A stretch of DNA of 64,000 bases from Vicugna vicugna (Eukaryota). The position numbers were made by a program, and so were the translations under genes. The stretch is taken from contig MU058289.1 of NCBI GenBank assembly GCA_013265495.1, forward strand, positions 2,231,451-2,295,450, in the 5' to 3' direction. Under the pieces are notes generated by a model that ran no database searches, was not told the DNA's origin, and saw only the letters and a program-made list of their open reading frames with translations. This document shows positions 11,715 through 25,831 of the stretch, piece by piece. Within the stretch, counting starts at the first letter, position 1, and the number at the start of each line of letters is the position of its first letter.

Positions 11715-14700
11715 CAATGGATGGAAGAAACCCAAAGGTCTATCAATGGATGGATGAATGGACAAACAAAATGTGGTATATACATGCAATAGAATACTAT
11801 ACAGCCTTAAAAAGGAAGGAAATCCTATAACATGCTACATGCATGAACCTTTATTTTTAAATTTTTACGTAATTTTTAAAGGTTACTTTCCATTTATAGT
11901 TATTACAAAATATTGGCTATATTACCTACGTTGGACAAGACATCCTTGAGCCTATCTTACACCCAACAGTTTTTACCTCCCACTTCCTTTCCCCTATATT
12001 GCCCCTCCTCTCCCAATGGTGACCATTAGTTTGTTCTCTATATCTGTTAGTCTGCTTCTTTTTCCTCCTTATATTCACTAGTTTGTTGTATTTTTAGATT
12101 CCACATTTAAATGCTATCATACAGTATTTGTCTTTCTCTGTCTGATTTATTTCACTTAGCATAATGCCCTCCAAGTCCATTTGTGTTGCTGCAAATGGCA
12201 AAATTCTGTTCGTTTTTATGTATGGCTGGGTAATATTCCATTGTGTCCACCGTGTCTTCTTTATCCATTCATCTTCAGATAAACACTTAGGTTGGTTCCA
12301 TGTCTTGGCAATTGTAAATAATGCTGTTATGAACATTGGGGTGCATGTATCTTTCTGAATTAGTGGTTTGGTTTTGGTTGGGTTTTTTTGGACATATATC
12401 CAGGAATGGAACTGCTAGGTCATATGGTAGTTGTATTTTTAGTTTTTTGAGAAACCTCCACACTGTTTTTCACAGTGGCTGCACCAATTTACAGTCTTAA
12501 CAACAGAGTATAAGTGTTCCCTTTCCTCCACATCCTCACCAACATTTTTTATTTGATGATGACGCTGATAGCCATTCTGATGGATGTGAGGTGATAACTC
12601 ATTGTGGTTCTGATTTGCATTTCTATGATGATTAGCAATGTTAATCACCTTTTCATGTGCCTGTTGGTCATCTGCATTTCCTCTTTGGAAAAATCTCTAT
12701 TCAGTTCTTCTGCCCATTTTTTAATTGGGTTTTTTTTTTGGATATTGAGTTGTATGAGCTGATTATACATGTTGGATACTAATCTCTTACCGGTCATGAC
12801 ATTTGCAAAAATTTTCTCCCATTCAGTAGTTTGTCTTTTCATTTTGTCAATGGTTTCCTTTGTTATGCAAAAGATTTTAAATTTAATTAGGTCCAATTTG
12901 TTTATTTTTGCTTTTATTCCCCTTAGGAGATGGATCAAAAAAATACTGCTGCAATTTATGTCAAAGAGTGTTCTGCCTATGTTTTCCTCTAGGAATTTTA
13001 TAGTATCCAGTCTTACACTTAGGTCTTTAAGTCATTATGAGTTTATTTTTATATGTGATGTTAGAGAATGTTCTAATTTCGTTCTTTTACGTGTAGCTGT
13101 CCCATTTTCCCAGCATCACTTATTGAAGAGACTGTATTTTCTCCATTGTACATTCATGCCTCTTTCATCATAGATTAATTGGCCATGAGTGTATGGGTTT
13201 ATTTCTAGGCTTTCTATTCTGTTCCATGGATCTACCTGTTTTTGTGCCAGTACCGTATTGTTTTGATGACTGTAGCTTTGAAGTCAAGCAGCATGACTTC
13301 TCTGTTCTTCTTTCTCAATATTATTTTGGCTATTTGGGATCTTTGTGTTTCCATACAAATTTTAATACTATTTGTTCTAGTTCTGTGAAAAATGCCATTG
13401 ATTATTTGATAGGGATTGCACTGAATCTGTAGATTGCCTTGGGTACTATGGTCATTTTAACAATATTGATTCTTCCAATCCAAGAACACAGTGTATCTTT
13501 CCATCTGTTTGTGTCATCTTCAACTTCTTTCATCAGTGTCTTATAGTTTTCAGCATACAGGTCTTTTGCCTCCTTAGATAGGAATATTTCATTCTTTTTG
13601 AAGTGATGGTAAATGGGATTGTTTCCTTAATTTCTCTTTCTGATATTTTATTGTTAGTGTATAGAAATGCAACAGATTTCTGTATATTAATTTGCATCCT
13701 GCAACTTTACTGAATTCATTGATGAGCTCTAGTAGTTTTCTGGTGGTGTTTTTAGGATTTTCTATGTATAGTATTGTGTCATCTGCAAACAGTGACAGTT
13801 TTACTTCTTCCTTTCCAATTTAGGTTCCCATTATTTCTCTTCTCTGATTGCTGTGGCTAGGACTTCCAAAACTATGTTGAATAAAAGTGGTGAGAGTGGG
13901 CATCCTTCTTTTTTTCCTGACCTCACAGGGAATACTTTCAGTTTTTCACTGTTGAGTATGATGTTAGCTACCGGTTTGTCATACATGGTCTTTGTTATGT
14001 TGAGGTATGTTCCCTCTGTGCCCATTTTCTGGAGAGTTTTTATCATAAATGGATGTTGAATTTCATCCAAAGCTTTTTCTGCATCTAGTGAGATGACCAT
14101 ATGGGTTTTATTCTTCAGTTTGTTAATGTGATATATTACATTGATTGATTTGTGGATACTGAAAAACCCTTGCATCCCTAGGATAAATTTCACTTGATCA
14201 CAGTATATGACACTTTTAATGTATCACTGGATTCAGTTTGCCAGTATTTTGTTGAGGATTTTTACATCTGTGTTCATCAGTGATACTGGCCTGTAATTTT
14301 CCTTTTTTTTTTTTTTTTGATATCTTTCGTCTGGTTTTGGTATGAGGTTGATGGTGGCCTCACAGAATGAGTTCAGAAGTGTCCCTTCTTTTTAATATGC
14401 ATGAACCTTGAAGACATTATGCTATGTGAAATTAGCCAGTCACAAAAGGACATTATATGAGATATCTAAAGTAGGTCAAATTCATAGATAAGGGAAGTAG
14501 AATGGTGGGTACCAGGAGCCAGGGGTAAGAGGCAAAGAGGATTTATTGTTTACTGGGTACAGAATTCCAGTTCTGCAAGAGAAAACATACCAGAGATCTG
14601 TTTCACAACACTGTAAATATACTTAACATTTCTGAATTGTACACTTAAAAATGGTTAAGATGGTACATTTTATGCATGTGTTTCTTTTTTACCATAATCT

Positions 14701-14730
14701 AAACAAACAGCCGTCTTCAGTTAAAAATAA
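11715..14730 (+). mobile_element. Old L1 (L1MB-type) 3' end, split by a younger L1
   Basis: gatgaatggacaaacaaaatgtggtatatac...catgaacct | atgaaccttgaagacattatgc...tacacttaaaaatggttaagatgg. Confidence 0.8.
11852..14396 (-). mobile_element. 5'-truncated L1 (3' half of ORF2 plus 3' UTR), degenerate
   Basis: Minus-strand ORF fragments with L1 RT motifs ([38 protein letters not shown]) and C-terminus (ALFTIAKTWNQPKC); 13-bp TSD atgcatgaacctt at 11839-11851 and 14397-14409. Confidence 0.95.
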
Positions 14731-14769
14731 GTAAGAAATGATGCTGAGCTCTCAAGCTAATAGAGGAGG

Positions 14770-15450
14770 TATTTATTCATTCATTTCAACATCTATAGTC
14801 CATTTGCTGTATGCTAGGCTCTTTGCTTAATGTTGGGGTTAGATGATGAATAAAAAATGATCTCTGCTCTCAAGAGTTTTCAGTCTAGTTGGAGACAGAG
14901 AGAAATACACAGTGTGACATGGGCTCCACATAGTAGGGATAAGTACCAGGTGCCAGGGAAATACAGAGTAAGGTCTTCGTCTAATCCTGGAGTGGTGGTC
15001 AGGAAAGCCTTCTCATCTTCTTGCTGGAGTAATGAAGGTGAGTCTGCATTAGTCAGGCAAAGGTGCAGAATGAAAGACCAGACTATGTGGGAAGGCATAG
15101 TGAGGAAGTCAGGACAATGAGAAGCACCGTGTGACCAGAGTTTAGGGCTGGAGAGAGCTGGGGAGATTGAGAAGACTGAAAATGGAAGCCTCTCAAGGAG
15201 TTTGGATCTTATCTTGAAATCAATAAGAAGTCATGAAAGCTTTTTAAGGAGGGGAATAGTGTGTTCAAATTTCCATATAAAAAGGATTATTCTGGCTGCT
15301 ACAATGAGAAACAGATTGAAGGAGAATGTGATCAGAAGCAGGAATATTAGCAAAGACTTAACAATAAGGAAGTGCAGGTGATCTTTGCAGTAGCCTGGGA
15401 AATGAGTGGGAGAAGAAATGATGAGTTTGCACAAATTTTTTTAGAAATGT
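14770..15450 (-). mobile_element. L2 LINE fragment
   Basis: ttattcattcatttcaac...tctctgctctcaagag...aaggagtttggatcttatc...ggattattctggctgct. Confidence 0.75.
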
Positions 15451-15507
15451 GGCTTTGAACAAGAGGAGATAGCAAGATAGCTACAGGGAAGTCTGGAATA
15501 AAACAGG

Positions 15508-15508
<1 letters not shown>

Positions 15509-15538
<30 letters not shown>
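15509..15538. repeat. (GT)n microsatellite
   Basis: Perfect GT run of ~14 units. Confidence 0.95.
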
Positions 15539-15541
<3 letters not shown>

Positions 15542-16009
15542 AGGGAAGAGGGGCAGGCATGTTTAAACACAGGGTAGAAAGGAGCTATTCCCTAAGGGGA
15601 TGGGTGGGGATGAGACCAATCTCACTTCATAGAGCTTGGGAGGGAGAGGGCGGGACTCTCCCCTAATTTTAATGTCCCATATTACGGTTTGTTTTTGTTC
15701 TATTACAAGGAAGGGAAGTTCATCCTGGAGGAATAAATGGAGGAATGGTGGTTTACAGAGAGGTTTAAGTGCGTAAATTGGAGCTAAGAATAGGAAAGAG
15801 AATTGACTCCAGAAGAATGAGATTTCAGAGCAATATGGTGCCCATTAGAAGCTGAAGATCATAATTCTGCTCAGTGGATTGTATGGTTGTTTCTATAGAG
15901 CTTCACACCAAGGATATTTCTCTAGAATCTGATCTATGTGGCCTGGCCTTAGCTTATGCACTGTGACTCAGAAGAATTAAAAGGGTACCCTCTGAAGTCA
16001 CTACAGGCT

Positions 16010-16540
16010 TGGGAAAATATACTGAAGAGATACTTGCCTTACCAGAAATCAAAATATACTATTACGTTATAGCTATTAAAACCATGTGATATTGGCCCAA
16101 GGTTAGACAAATAGACCAGTGGAAGGAAATAAAGAACCCCAAAGCTGAGACAGTTATATGAGGGAATTTCAGAGATGAAAAATATGGCTCTTTAAATAAC
16201 TGGAGAAAGAAAGGATCATTTAACAAATAGGAAGGTGATGAGCAGCTACTTGTTAGATGCCTACTATATCCTTTTCTAAATCATTAGAGGAAAATATTTT
16301 TTACAAGCTTAGCTTGTAGAAGTTTTCCTAAATAATGTATGAGACCTATAATCCAAAAAACAGAAAATATGAACATATTTGACCACATACAAGTTAAAAA
16401 AACAAAACAAAAATGCCTGTATGACAAAAAAAGAAAAAGTTTAAGCTAAAAATTTAAATGGTAAGTTACAAATTGGGGGAAAATATTTGTAAATATATTA
16501 CACAGGGTTACTATTAATATATATGTTTCTACAAATCAAA
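16010..16540 (+). mobile_element. Ancient L1 ORF2 fragment
   Basis: ttaccagaaatcaaaatatactat...gatattggcccaaggttagacaaatagaccagtgg. Confidence 0.6.
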
Positions 16541-16544
16541 TCTA

Positions 16545-16725
16545 CTGTTCTGCATTTGTCATATTTATCATAAATTAAGTGTCCACATATGTATTGACCT
16601 ATTTCCAGATTCTTGTTCTGTTCCATTGGTCTGTTTGTCTACCCTTGTGCTAATATCACACTGTCACATTATGGAAAAATACGTTTTTACATCTGGTAGT
16701 TTAAATCCTCCAAAATCATCTTCAA
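16545..16725 (-). mobile_element. Ancient L1 ORF2 fragment in opposite orientation
   Basis: ttctgttccattggtctgtttgtctacccttgtgctaatatcacactg. Confidence 0.6.
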
Positions 16726-19102
16726 AATGAAAAGCGAAAAATTGGTGATAATATTCTTTTCCTTAAATTTAATGCATACATACTTTAATATTTGTTATGT
16801 CATTGTTATTTATAACTCGTATTTTACAAATATTAATTTATAGCTGCTTAATACTTAATAACACCAAAATAGGAAAAAAAACTTTTATTGCCTAGTATAG
16901 TGGCAGCATTAAAATTTTATAAATTTAAAAATTAGAAACATAAGGGGAAAACATACAAAACCGCATTTTCAGTGGGATAATTTAATAAACCTCTTATTAT
17001 TTGACAGGCCAAGGAACAATACATGGAGTCAAGGGGCCCAGATGATGAAATAGCAGACAAAAACTTCAAAACAGCTATTATAATATGTTCAAAGAACAAA
17101 AGGAAAGCATGCTTAAAGAATTAATGGAAAGGATGATAACAATGTCTCACCAAATAGAGAACATCAATAAAGAGTTGAAGTTGAAAAGTACAATAATCAA
17201 AATAAAAACTTCACTAGAGAGGCCAAAGAAAAGATTTGAGCTGGTGAAAGTAAAATCAGTGAAACTGAAGATAGATCAATACTGATTATCCAATCTGAAG
17301 TAAGAGTGAAAAAAAAAAAAGGAAAGGAAAAATTAAGAGAGCCTCAGAAAAATGTAAGACACCATTATATGCACCAAAACAGACATAAAGAAATTAGCAC
17401 ATATAGAGGAGAGAAAGGAGCATTAAAAATATTAAAAGAAAAAAATGGCTGGGGGAGTGCCAAGATGGCAGAGCAAAAGGATGCATAGCTCATTCTCTTT
17501 CATAAATACACCAAAAATTACAGCTACAGACTGAACAGTTTGAACAGAATACCTACTGAACTTTGGCAGAATATCTCTTACTTCAGAAATCTAAGAAGAT
17601 TCCTTACAAAAAATGGGTAGGAGGGAAAAAAAAAAAAGAGAAATCAATGCGGGACCTGTCCTGAGGGGAGGGAGTGGCAAAGGAGGAAAAGTGCCTTCTC
17701 TCTGGGATGTCCCCTCTCCAGCGGGGAGGTCAGCAGGGACAGAGAGAGAGCTTCTGAAGCTCAGAGGAGAGAGCAGCAGATGCTTGGCAGCCAGAACTGA
17801 GAGAAACCAGCAGAGAGGGTCTCTGCGATCCCTAGCAAGAGATGTGATCCAGCCTGGGTTGGACGGGACTGGCTGCTGGAGCTTGGGCTTCTTCGGATGA
17901 GCCCAGGGAGAGGACTGGGACTGACTGAACAGGGGCAGCCCCAGGGGGCTGGAGTGTGGTGCGGGCTGTGGCTATGAGTGTGTGCAGAACGGAACAGCCT
18001 GGGACCCACATAAAAAGTGCCACTGCTGATGCGCAGGATGGGGAGAGGCACAACACAGCTGGGCCATAGCTGCTGTCTCCGCTAGCCCAGAGGGTATTGC
18101 CCTGCACTATTTTTGACACATGTTCTCCCAAGAAGACAGGTGGGGTTCAGACACAGCCATCTTCTCAGCTTGTTCTGAAGGGACACAATCCCAGGTGCGG
18201 GGCTCCCAGGTGGAGGTGGGGCTGAAACCTGAATCCATACCCAGGGATCCTGCAACTTCACAGCCAGGACTGAGATTTGATTCCAGCCCCAGGCAGCAGT
18301 GGTAGATTTGCTCCACTGGTGCCTTCATGGACCCGCATCTCTAAGACGAATGAGTGGAGTTCTGGTGCACGGTGGGGACAGGTTTGGTGTTAACAGTGGG
18401 CCTGCATACAGTATGTAGACATGGGGCTGGGTCTGCACTGACCCTGTGGCACACCACAAATACAGGTGTGTGACTGCACATTCACTACAGTGGGTTGTAA
18501 TGCCTGACATTGGCAGATCTGCACTGGTGGCTCTGCAGACACAGAGGCTGGGGGACACCAGAGCAGGTTGCTGACATTCCTGTGGCTGAAGCAAGGACAA
18601 GGGTAGCGTCAATAAAGTGTACTTTGTAAACCTGAATAACAAAGTGACAGACAATACCACGGAAGGCACTTCCCACAGAGGGACATCTCCTGCAAAGGAA
18701 TACTCAGTGGCTCCTCTTCCAGCTGAAGCACTCCAACCCTGCCTCCCACACACCACAGCTTAGCAATGGGTCTGGAAGCCTCTATTCAAACAACAGAGGA
18801 GCAGACCCGGACTCTGTCAAGGCTGTGACAACCACAGAATGAAAAGGAGGCCCCACTCAACAACAAGGGCAGGCTCTGATCACCACAACACCAACCACAC
18901 CCCCAATTAAAGGGATAACAGCTAACATACATGGAAGAAAGACATGGCAACCATTCATACTAAAAACAGCTCTTGCAACAAAATTATTAGACATACAAAT
19001 CAACAAAAGAATGCTTCCACTTTAAAAAAAAAAAAAAGCCCTTCAAGACCACAGTAGATAACTGAAACTCCATAATCCACAGAGTCAGAGAAATAAAGTA
19101 AA

Positions 19103-19984
19103 ATGAAGAAGCAGAGGAACCACTCAATTAGAAGAACAACTGAAGTTCCCTGAAAAAAATGAACAATGAAACAGACCTTGACAGTCTACTAGATCATGAC
19201 TCCAAAAAGGGGGGTGATAAAAGCACTGAAGGAAATGAGAGACTATCAATAGAAATGCAGAGTACTATAAAAAGGAAATAGAAACTACAAAGAGGAGCCA
19301 ATTAAAATGAGAAAACTCAATGGCCGAAGATAAAAGCCAAGCTAAAGGCAGTCAAAAGCAGATTAGATAATGTATAGGAATGAATAAATGATTTAGAAGA
19401 CAGGATAACAGAAATCACCCAATCAGAACAGCAGACAGAAAAGTAAATGAAAACTAATGAAAGCAATATAAGGGACCTATGGGATAATATAAAGCAGGCC
19501 AATCTATGCATAACAGGCGTCCCAGAAAGAGAAGAAAGAGAACAGGGGATTGCAAAGGTATTTGAATAAATCATGACTGAAAACTTCCCACATATAAAGA
19601 AGGAAACAGATAACCATACTGGAAGCACAGAGGGTCCCAAATGAGAAGAATCCATACTACCTACACCAATGCATATTATAATTAAGATGGCCAAAGATAA
19701 AGATAAAGAAAAGATTCTAAAGGCAGCAAAAGAAAAACAAAGAGTTACAAGGGAACCCCCACAAGGCTTTCAGCTGATTTTTCTACACAAACACTGCTGG
19801 CCAGAAGAGAGTGGCAAGATATATTCAAAGTCCTGAATGAGAAAAAGCTGCAACCTAGGATTATCCAGCAAGATTGTCCTTCAGAATAGAAGGAGAGATA
19901 AAGAATTTCACAGACAAGCAAAAACTAAAAGAATTCAGCAATACTAAATCTATCCTAAAAGAAATATTGAAAGGTCTACTCTAA
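19103..19984 (+). pseudogene. L1 ORF1p, disrupted by stops and frameshifts
   Basis: atgaagaagcagaggaacc start; ORF1 C-terminal motifs (cagctgatttttct, gccagaagagagtggcaagatatattc); no intact ORF in the track. Confidence 0.85.
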
Positions 19985-20373
19985 ATAGAAAAGAAGCAGG
20001 GAGCTACAGGAAAAAAAAAATAGCTGGAAATGCAAAAACTACAATGAGCTGCAAAAGAATAAACATTAAGATGGAAAAGAGGACATCAGAATCATAAAAG
20101 GTGGGAGAGGGAAGCAAGAAAATGTAGATTTTCTTTTCATTATTCTTAGGATGTGTTTGAGCCTATATAAATATCAGTCTAAAGCAAACAGACCTAGTAA
20201 TGGGTTAACATACTTGAAAAACAGGGTAACCACAAATCAAAAGCATACAATAGGGTCACAAAAACCAAAAAGAAACCAAGCTAATACAACAGAAAATTAT
20301 CAAGCCACACACACACACAAAAAGAAAGGAACAAATAAGAAGTAACAAATCAACTAGAAAACAAAGTTTAAAA

Positions 20374-23300
20374 ATGGCAGTAAACACACATCTATCAATA
20401 ATTACCATAAATGTCAACGGACTAAATCCTCCCATCAAAAGACAAAGAGTGGCAGATTGGATAATAAAACAAGAGCCTACAATATGCTGCCTACAAGAGA
20501 CTTACTTTAGGGTGAAGGACACACACAGACTGAAAGTGAGAGGATGGAAAAAGATATTTCATGTAAATGGAAATGACAAGAAAGCAGGAGTGGCAATAAT
20601 CATATCATACAAAATAGACTTTAAAACAAAGGCCATAAAGAAAGATTAAAAAGAACACTATATAATGATAAAAGGAACAATACAAGAGGAGAATATTACA
20701 CTTGTTAACATATATGCACCCAATGTAGGAGCACCTAAATATATAAAACAAATACTAATAGACAGAAAGGGATAAATTGATTGGGAACACAATAATAGTA
20801 GGAAAATTTAACACCCTACTAACATCATTGGACAGGTCTTCCAGACAGAAAATCAATAAGGCAATGGGGATACTAAATGACACAATAGAACAGTTGGACT
20901 TGGTTGATATTTTTAGGACATTACACCCCCCAAAACAGAATATACATTCTTTTCAAGTGTGCATGGAACATTCTCTAGGATAGACCACATATTCAGATAC
21001 AAAAGAAGTCTCAAAAAATTTTATAGAAACTATTTCAAGCATCTTTCCTGACCACAAAGGCATGAAACTAGAAATCAACCACAGAAAAACAAATGAGAAG
21101 AAAAAAAAAAAAGACTGCATGGGGACTAAACAACATGCTACTAAAAAACCAATGAGTCCACGATGAAATCAAAGAAGAAATTTAAAAAAATACCTTGAGA
21201 CAAATGACAATTAAAACACAACCACACAAAATCTATGGGATACAGCAAAAGCAGTCCTAAGAGGAAAGTTTATAGCTATACAGGCCTTCCTCAAAAAAGA
21301 ACAATCTCAAATAAACAACCTAACCTACCACCTAAAAGAATTAGAAAAAGAAGAACAAACAAAACCTAAAGTTAGCAGAAGGAAGGAAATAATAAAGATC
21401 AGGGAGAAAACAGATAAAATAGAGATTTTTAAAAATAGAAAAAAATCAATCAAATCAAGAGCTGGTTTTTTGAAAGAGTAAACAAAATCAACAAACCTCT
21501 GGCCAGGCTCACCAAGAAGAAAAGAAAGAGGACACAAATAAACAAAATAAGAAAGGAAAATGGAGAAATTACATCCAACACCACAAAAACACAAAAAACC
21601 ATAAGAGAATACTATGAACAACTATGTGGCAACAAATTGGATAACCTAGAAGAAATGGACAAGTTTTTAGAAACATGCAGTCCATCAAAACTGAATCTAG
21701 AAGAAATAGATCATTTGAACAGACCAACCACTAGAAGTGAAAAGAATCAGAAATAACAAAAATCTCCCTGCAAACAAAAGTCCAGGACCAAATGGCTTCA
21801 CTGGGGAATTCTACCAAACATACAAAGAACTCATACTGATCCTTCTCAAACTACTCCAAAAGACTGAAGAGGAGTGAACACTCCTAAACTCATTCTATGA
21901 AGCCATCATCACCCTGATACTAAAACCAGGCAAAGATACTATCAAAAAAGAAAATTACAGACCAATATTGTTGATGAACATAGACGTAAAAATTCCCAAC
22001 AAACTATTAGCAAACAGAATCCAACACTACATAAAAAAGATCATACACTATGATTAAGTTGGATTCATCCAGGGATACAAGGATGGTTCGACATGTGCAA
22101 ATCAATCAATGTGATACATCACATCAACAAAAGGAAGGACAAAAATCACATGATCAAATACATGCAGAAAAAGCATTTGCTAAAATTCAACACCCATTTA
22201 TGATAAAAACTTTTACCAAAGTGGGTATAGAGGGAACATATCTCAACATAATAAAAGGTATTTATGACAAACCCACAGCCAGCATAATAATCAACAGTGA
22301 CAAGCTGAAAGCTTCCTGCTAAAATCTAGAACAAGACAAGGATGCCCACTCTCACCACTTCTATTCAACATAGTATTGGAAGTCCTAGCCATAGCAATCA
22401 GGCAAGAAAAAGAAATAAAAGGGATTCAAATTGGAAAAGGATAGGTAAAAGTGTCACTACATGTGGATGACATGATATTATATATGGAAAACCCTAAAGG
22501 CTCTACACAAAAACTACTAGAGCTGATAAAAGAATTCAGCAAAGTAGCAGGATACAGATCAACATACAGAAATCAGTTGCATTTCTTTACACTAACAATG
22601 AAAAATCAGAAAAAGAAAGTAAAGAAAACAATCCTTTTTAAAATCACATCCAAAACAATAAAATATTTAGGAATAAATCTGACCAAGGAGGTGAAGAACT
22701 TCTATGTAGAGACCTACAAAACACTGATTAAGGAAATTAAACATGACTTAAAGAAATGGAAAGATATCCCATTCTCTTGGATTGGAAGAGTTAATATTGT
22801 TAAAATGGCCATACTACCCAAAGCAATCTACATATTTACTGTGATCCCTATCAAATTATCCAGGACACTTTTCACAGAACTAGAACAAATAATCCTAAAG
22901 TTTATATGGACTCACAAAAGACCCAGAATTGCTAAAGCAATACTGAAGAAAAAGAACGAAGCTGGAGGAATAACCGCCCCCCCCCCCAGGTTTCAGGCAA
23001 TACTACAGAGCTAAAGTAATCAAAACAGCATGGTATTGGTACAAAAACAGACATATGGATCAATGGAACAGAATAGAAAGTCCAGAAATAAACCCACAGA
23101 CTTACAGCCAATTAACCTTTGACAAAAGAGGCAAGAATATACAATGGAGAAAAGACAGCCTCTTCAGCAAGTGGTGGTGTGAAAACCTGACAGCTGCATG
23201 TAAATCAATGAAGACAGAACACTCCCTTAGACCAATACACAAAAATAAACTCAAAATGGCTTAAAGACAAATATAAGAGAAGACACTATAAAACTCCTAG

Positions 23301-24190
23301 AAGAAAACATAGGCAAAATATTTTCTGACATAAATCCTAGCAATGTTCTCCTAGGGCAGTCTACCAAGGCAACAGAAATAAATAATATCAAAAATAAACA
23401 AATGGGACCTAATTAAAGTTACAAATTTTTGCACAGCAAAGGAAACCATAAGCAAAACAACAACCTATGAGATGGGAGAAAATATTTGCAAATGAATGCA
23501 ACTGATAAAGGCTTAATTTACAGAATATATAAACAGCTCATACAACTTAATAACAAAAAGAAAACCAAACAATCAAATCCAAAAATGGGCAGAAGACCTA
23601 AACAAGCAAGTCTCCAGTGAAGACATACAAATGGCCAACAGTCACATGACAAAATGCTCAATATTGCTAATTATCAGAGAAATGCAAATCAAAACTGCAA
23701 TGAGGTATCACCTCACACCAGACAGAATGGCCATCACTAAAAAGTCCACAAATGATAAATGCTGGAAAGGGTGTGGAGAAAAGGGAATACTGTTAGTGGG
23801 AAAGTAGTTTGGTGCAGCCATTACGGAAAACAGAATGGAGATTCCTCAAAAAACTAAAAACAGACTTACCATATGATCCAGCAATCCCACTCCTGGGCTT
23901 ATATCTAGAAGGAACTCTAATTCTAAGAGATACATGCACCCCAATGTTCACAGCAGCACTATATACAATAGCCAAGACATGGAGACAACCTAAATGTCCA
24001 TCAACAGATGACTAGATAAAGAAGCTATGGTACACTTATACAATGGAATACTTCTCAGCCATAAAAAAGAATAAATAATGCCATTTGCAGCAACATGGAT
24101 AGACCTGGAGATCATCATTCTAAGTGAAGTAAGTCAGAAAGAGAAAGAAAAATACCACAAAATATGATATCACTCATATGTGGAATCTAA
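20374..24190 (+). pseudogene. L1 ORF2p (APE endonuclease + reverse transcriptase), fragmented
   Basis: MAVNTHLSIITINVNGLNPPIKR...ICCLQET (EN); [33 protein letters not shown] (RT); [18 protein letters not shown] (C-terminus); split across frames. Confidence 0.92.
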
Positions 24191-25045
24191 AAAAAGAAAA
24201 AAGAAGACACTAATGAACTTATCTACAAAACAGAAACAGACTCACAGACATAGAAAAAAAACTTATGCTTACCAAGGGTAAAGGAGGTGGGAAGGGATAA
24301 ACTGGGAGCTTGAGTTTTTTCTGTATAGCACAGGGAACTATATTCAATATCTTGTAGTAACCTATAATGAAAAAGAATATGAAAATGAATATGTGTATGT
24401 GTATATATATATATATATGAATGAAACATTATGCTGTTCACCAGAAACTGACACATTGTAAACTGACTATACTTCAATTAGTTAGTTACAATTCAGTTAG
24501 TTAGTTTACACATTGTAAACTGACTATACTTAAATTAATTAAAAAGAGAGAAGAAAAAAGCACTGAAAAAATCTAAAAAAAAAAGAAAAAGAAAAAAGAA
24601 ACAATGGCTGAAACTTTACAAATCTGATGAAAAACACTAATCTACAGTGCCAAAAGCTTAACCAACTCCAAGTATGATAAACCAAGAGACTCACATCCAG
24701 ACATATCATAGTTAATTTATTGCAAGACAAAGACAAAGATAAAATAATGAAAGCAGCAAAAGAACAACTCATCACATACAGGGTATCCCTAGAAAGATTA
24801 ACAGCAGATTTTTCATAAGGAACAATGGAGAACAAAAGGCACTGGGATGATATATTCAAAGTGCTGAAGGTAAAATACTGCAAACATGAATCTTTTACCC
24901 AGTAAAACTATCTCTTGAAAAATGAAGACAAAAGAAAGACATTCCCAGATAAACAAAACCTGAGAGAATTTATTGATAGCACACTTGTATGACAAGAAAT
25001 ACTCAGGCAGAAAGCAAATAACCTGAGACAGTAATTTGAATGTGC

Positions 25046-25048
25046 ATA

Positions 25049-25087
<39 letters not shown>

Positions 25088-25116
25088 CCAAACATACACA
25101 CACAGCACACACACAC
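25046..25116. repeat. (CA)n microsatellite, interrupted
   Basis: Long CA run plus degenerate extension. Confidence 0.9.
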
Positions 25117-25498
25117 AGCATTGGTAAAGGTAATTATGGAGTAATTGCAAAACAAGACAAAACTGTGTATTTTTTCTCCTGTATTCCCTAAAATGATTTA
25201 TAAAACAATGTGTCTATAATTGCACTTTGGGGTTTATAACATTTAGACACACAATATATTTGACAATAACGTTACCTAGAAGGAAGATGGGCACAAAGTT
25301 ATATTGGGGTAAGGAAAGCATACAAGGTGATAACCCAAATCTACAGTAATAAGTGAAGAGAAAATAAAGGATAAATAAGGAGATAACAACTCTATAAATA
25401 AATACTTGCTTTCTTTTCTTCTCTGTTTCTTTAAAACACATGAGAGTATATAATGAATTAATTATAATAATGTAGTGTTGGATTTGTAACATATAAAG

Positions 25499-25831
25499 TG
25501 TAAAGAATAATCAGAAACCTCAATTAAATAGAGTGGGGAGACCAGAAGGGGGAGCTCTCATGCCCTGTGACAATACAGAGCCCAGCAGGAAGGACAAAGA
25601 CTCTTCTTTCCTGGTAAGGACTCAGCCAGTAAAAAGGCATAGACTCTTTGTTTATTACAGCCCTCCCAACTTCCTTTTCCCCATTATAAAAGCATGCCCT
25701 CTCCCTTGCCTTATGGGGACTTGCACATGGCTTGCCGTGGTTGCTGACCCCAACTGCAATTCCCTGCTGATCCCAAATGAACCCATCTTTGCTAAAGAAA
25801 TATGTAGCAGTCTATTTGTTTTAGGTCAACT
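25499..25831 (+). mobile_element. Solo ERV LTR (~330 bp, probably class I/ERV1-like)
   Basis: Begins TGTAAAG, ends GGTCAAC(T); TATA-like attataaaagc; flanked by (t)aaag duplication; flanks rejoin into continuous L1 sequence. Confidence 0.75.

Larger units (their letters stand above)
17451..24593 (+). mobile_element. Full-length (~7.1 kb) lineage-specific L1, inactivated
   Basis: Starts gggggagtgccaagatggcagag (YY1-type site); ~1.65 kb GC-rich 5' UTR, ORF1, ORF2, 3' UTR, poly(A); TSD aaaagaaaaaaatggct / aaaagaaacaatggct. Confidence 0.95.

Noticed and set aside
16545..16725. Segmental duplication of 34530-34715
   Set aside because: Similarity is explained by both being the same ORF2 region of related ancient L1s; the flanks do not match
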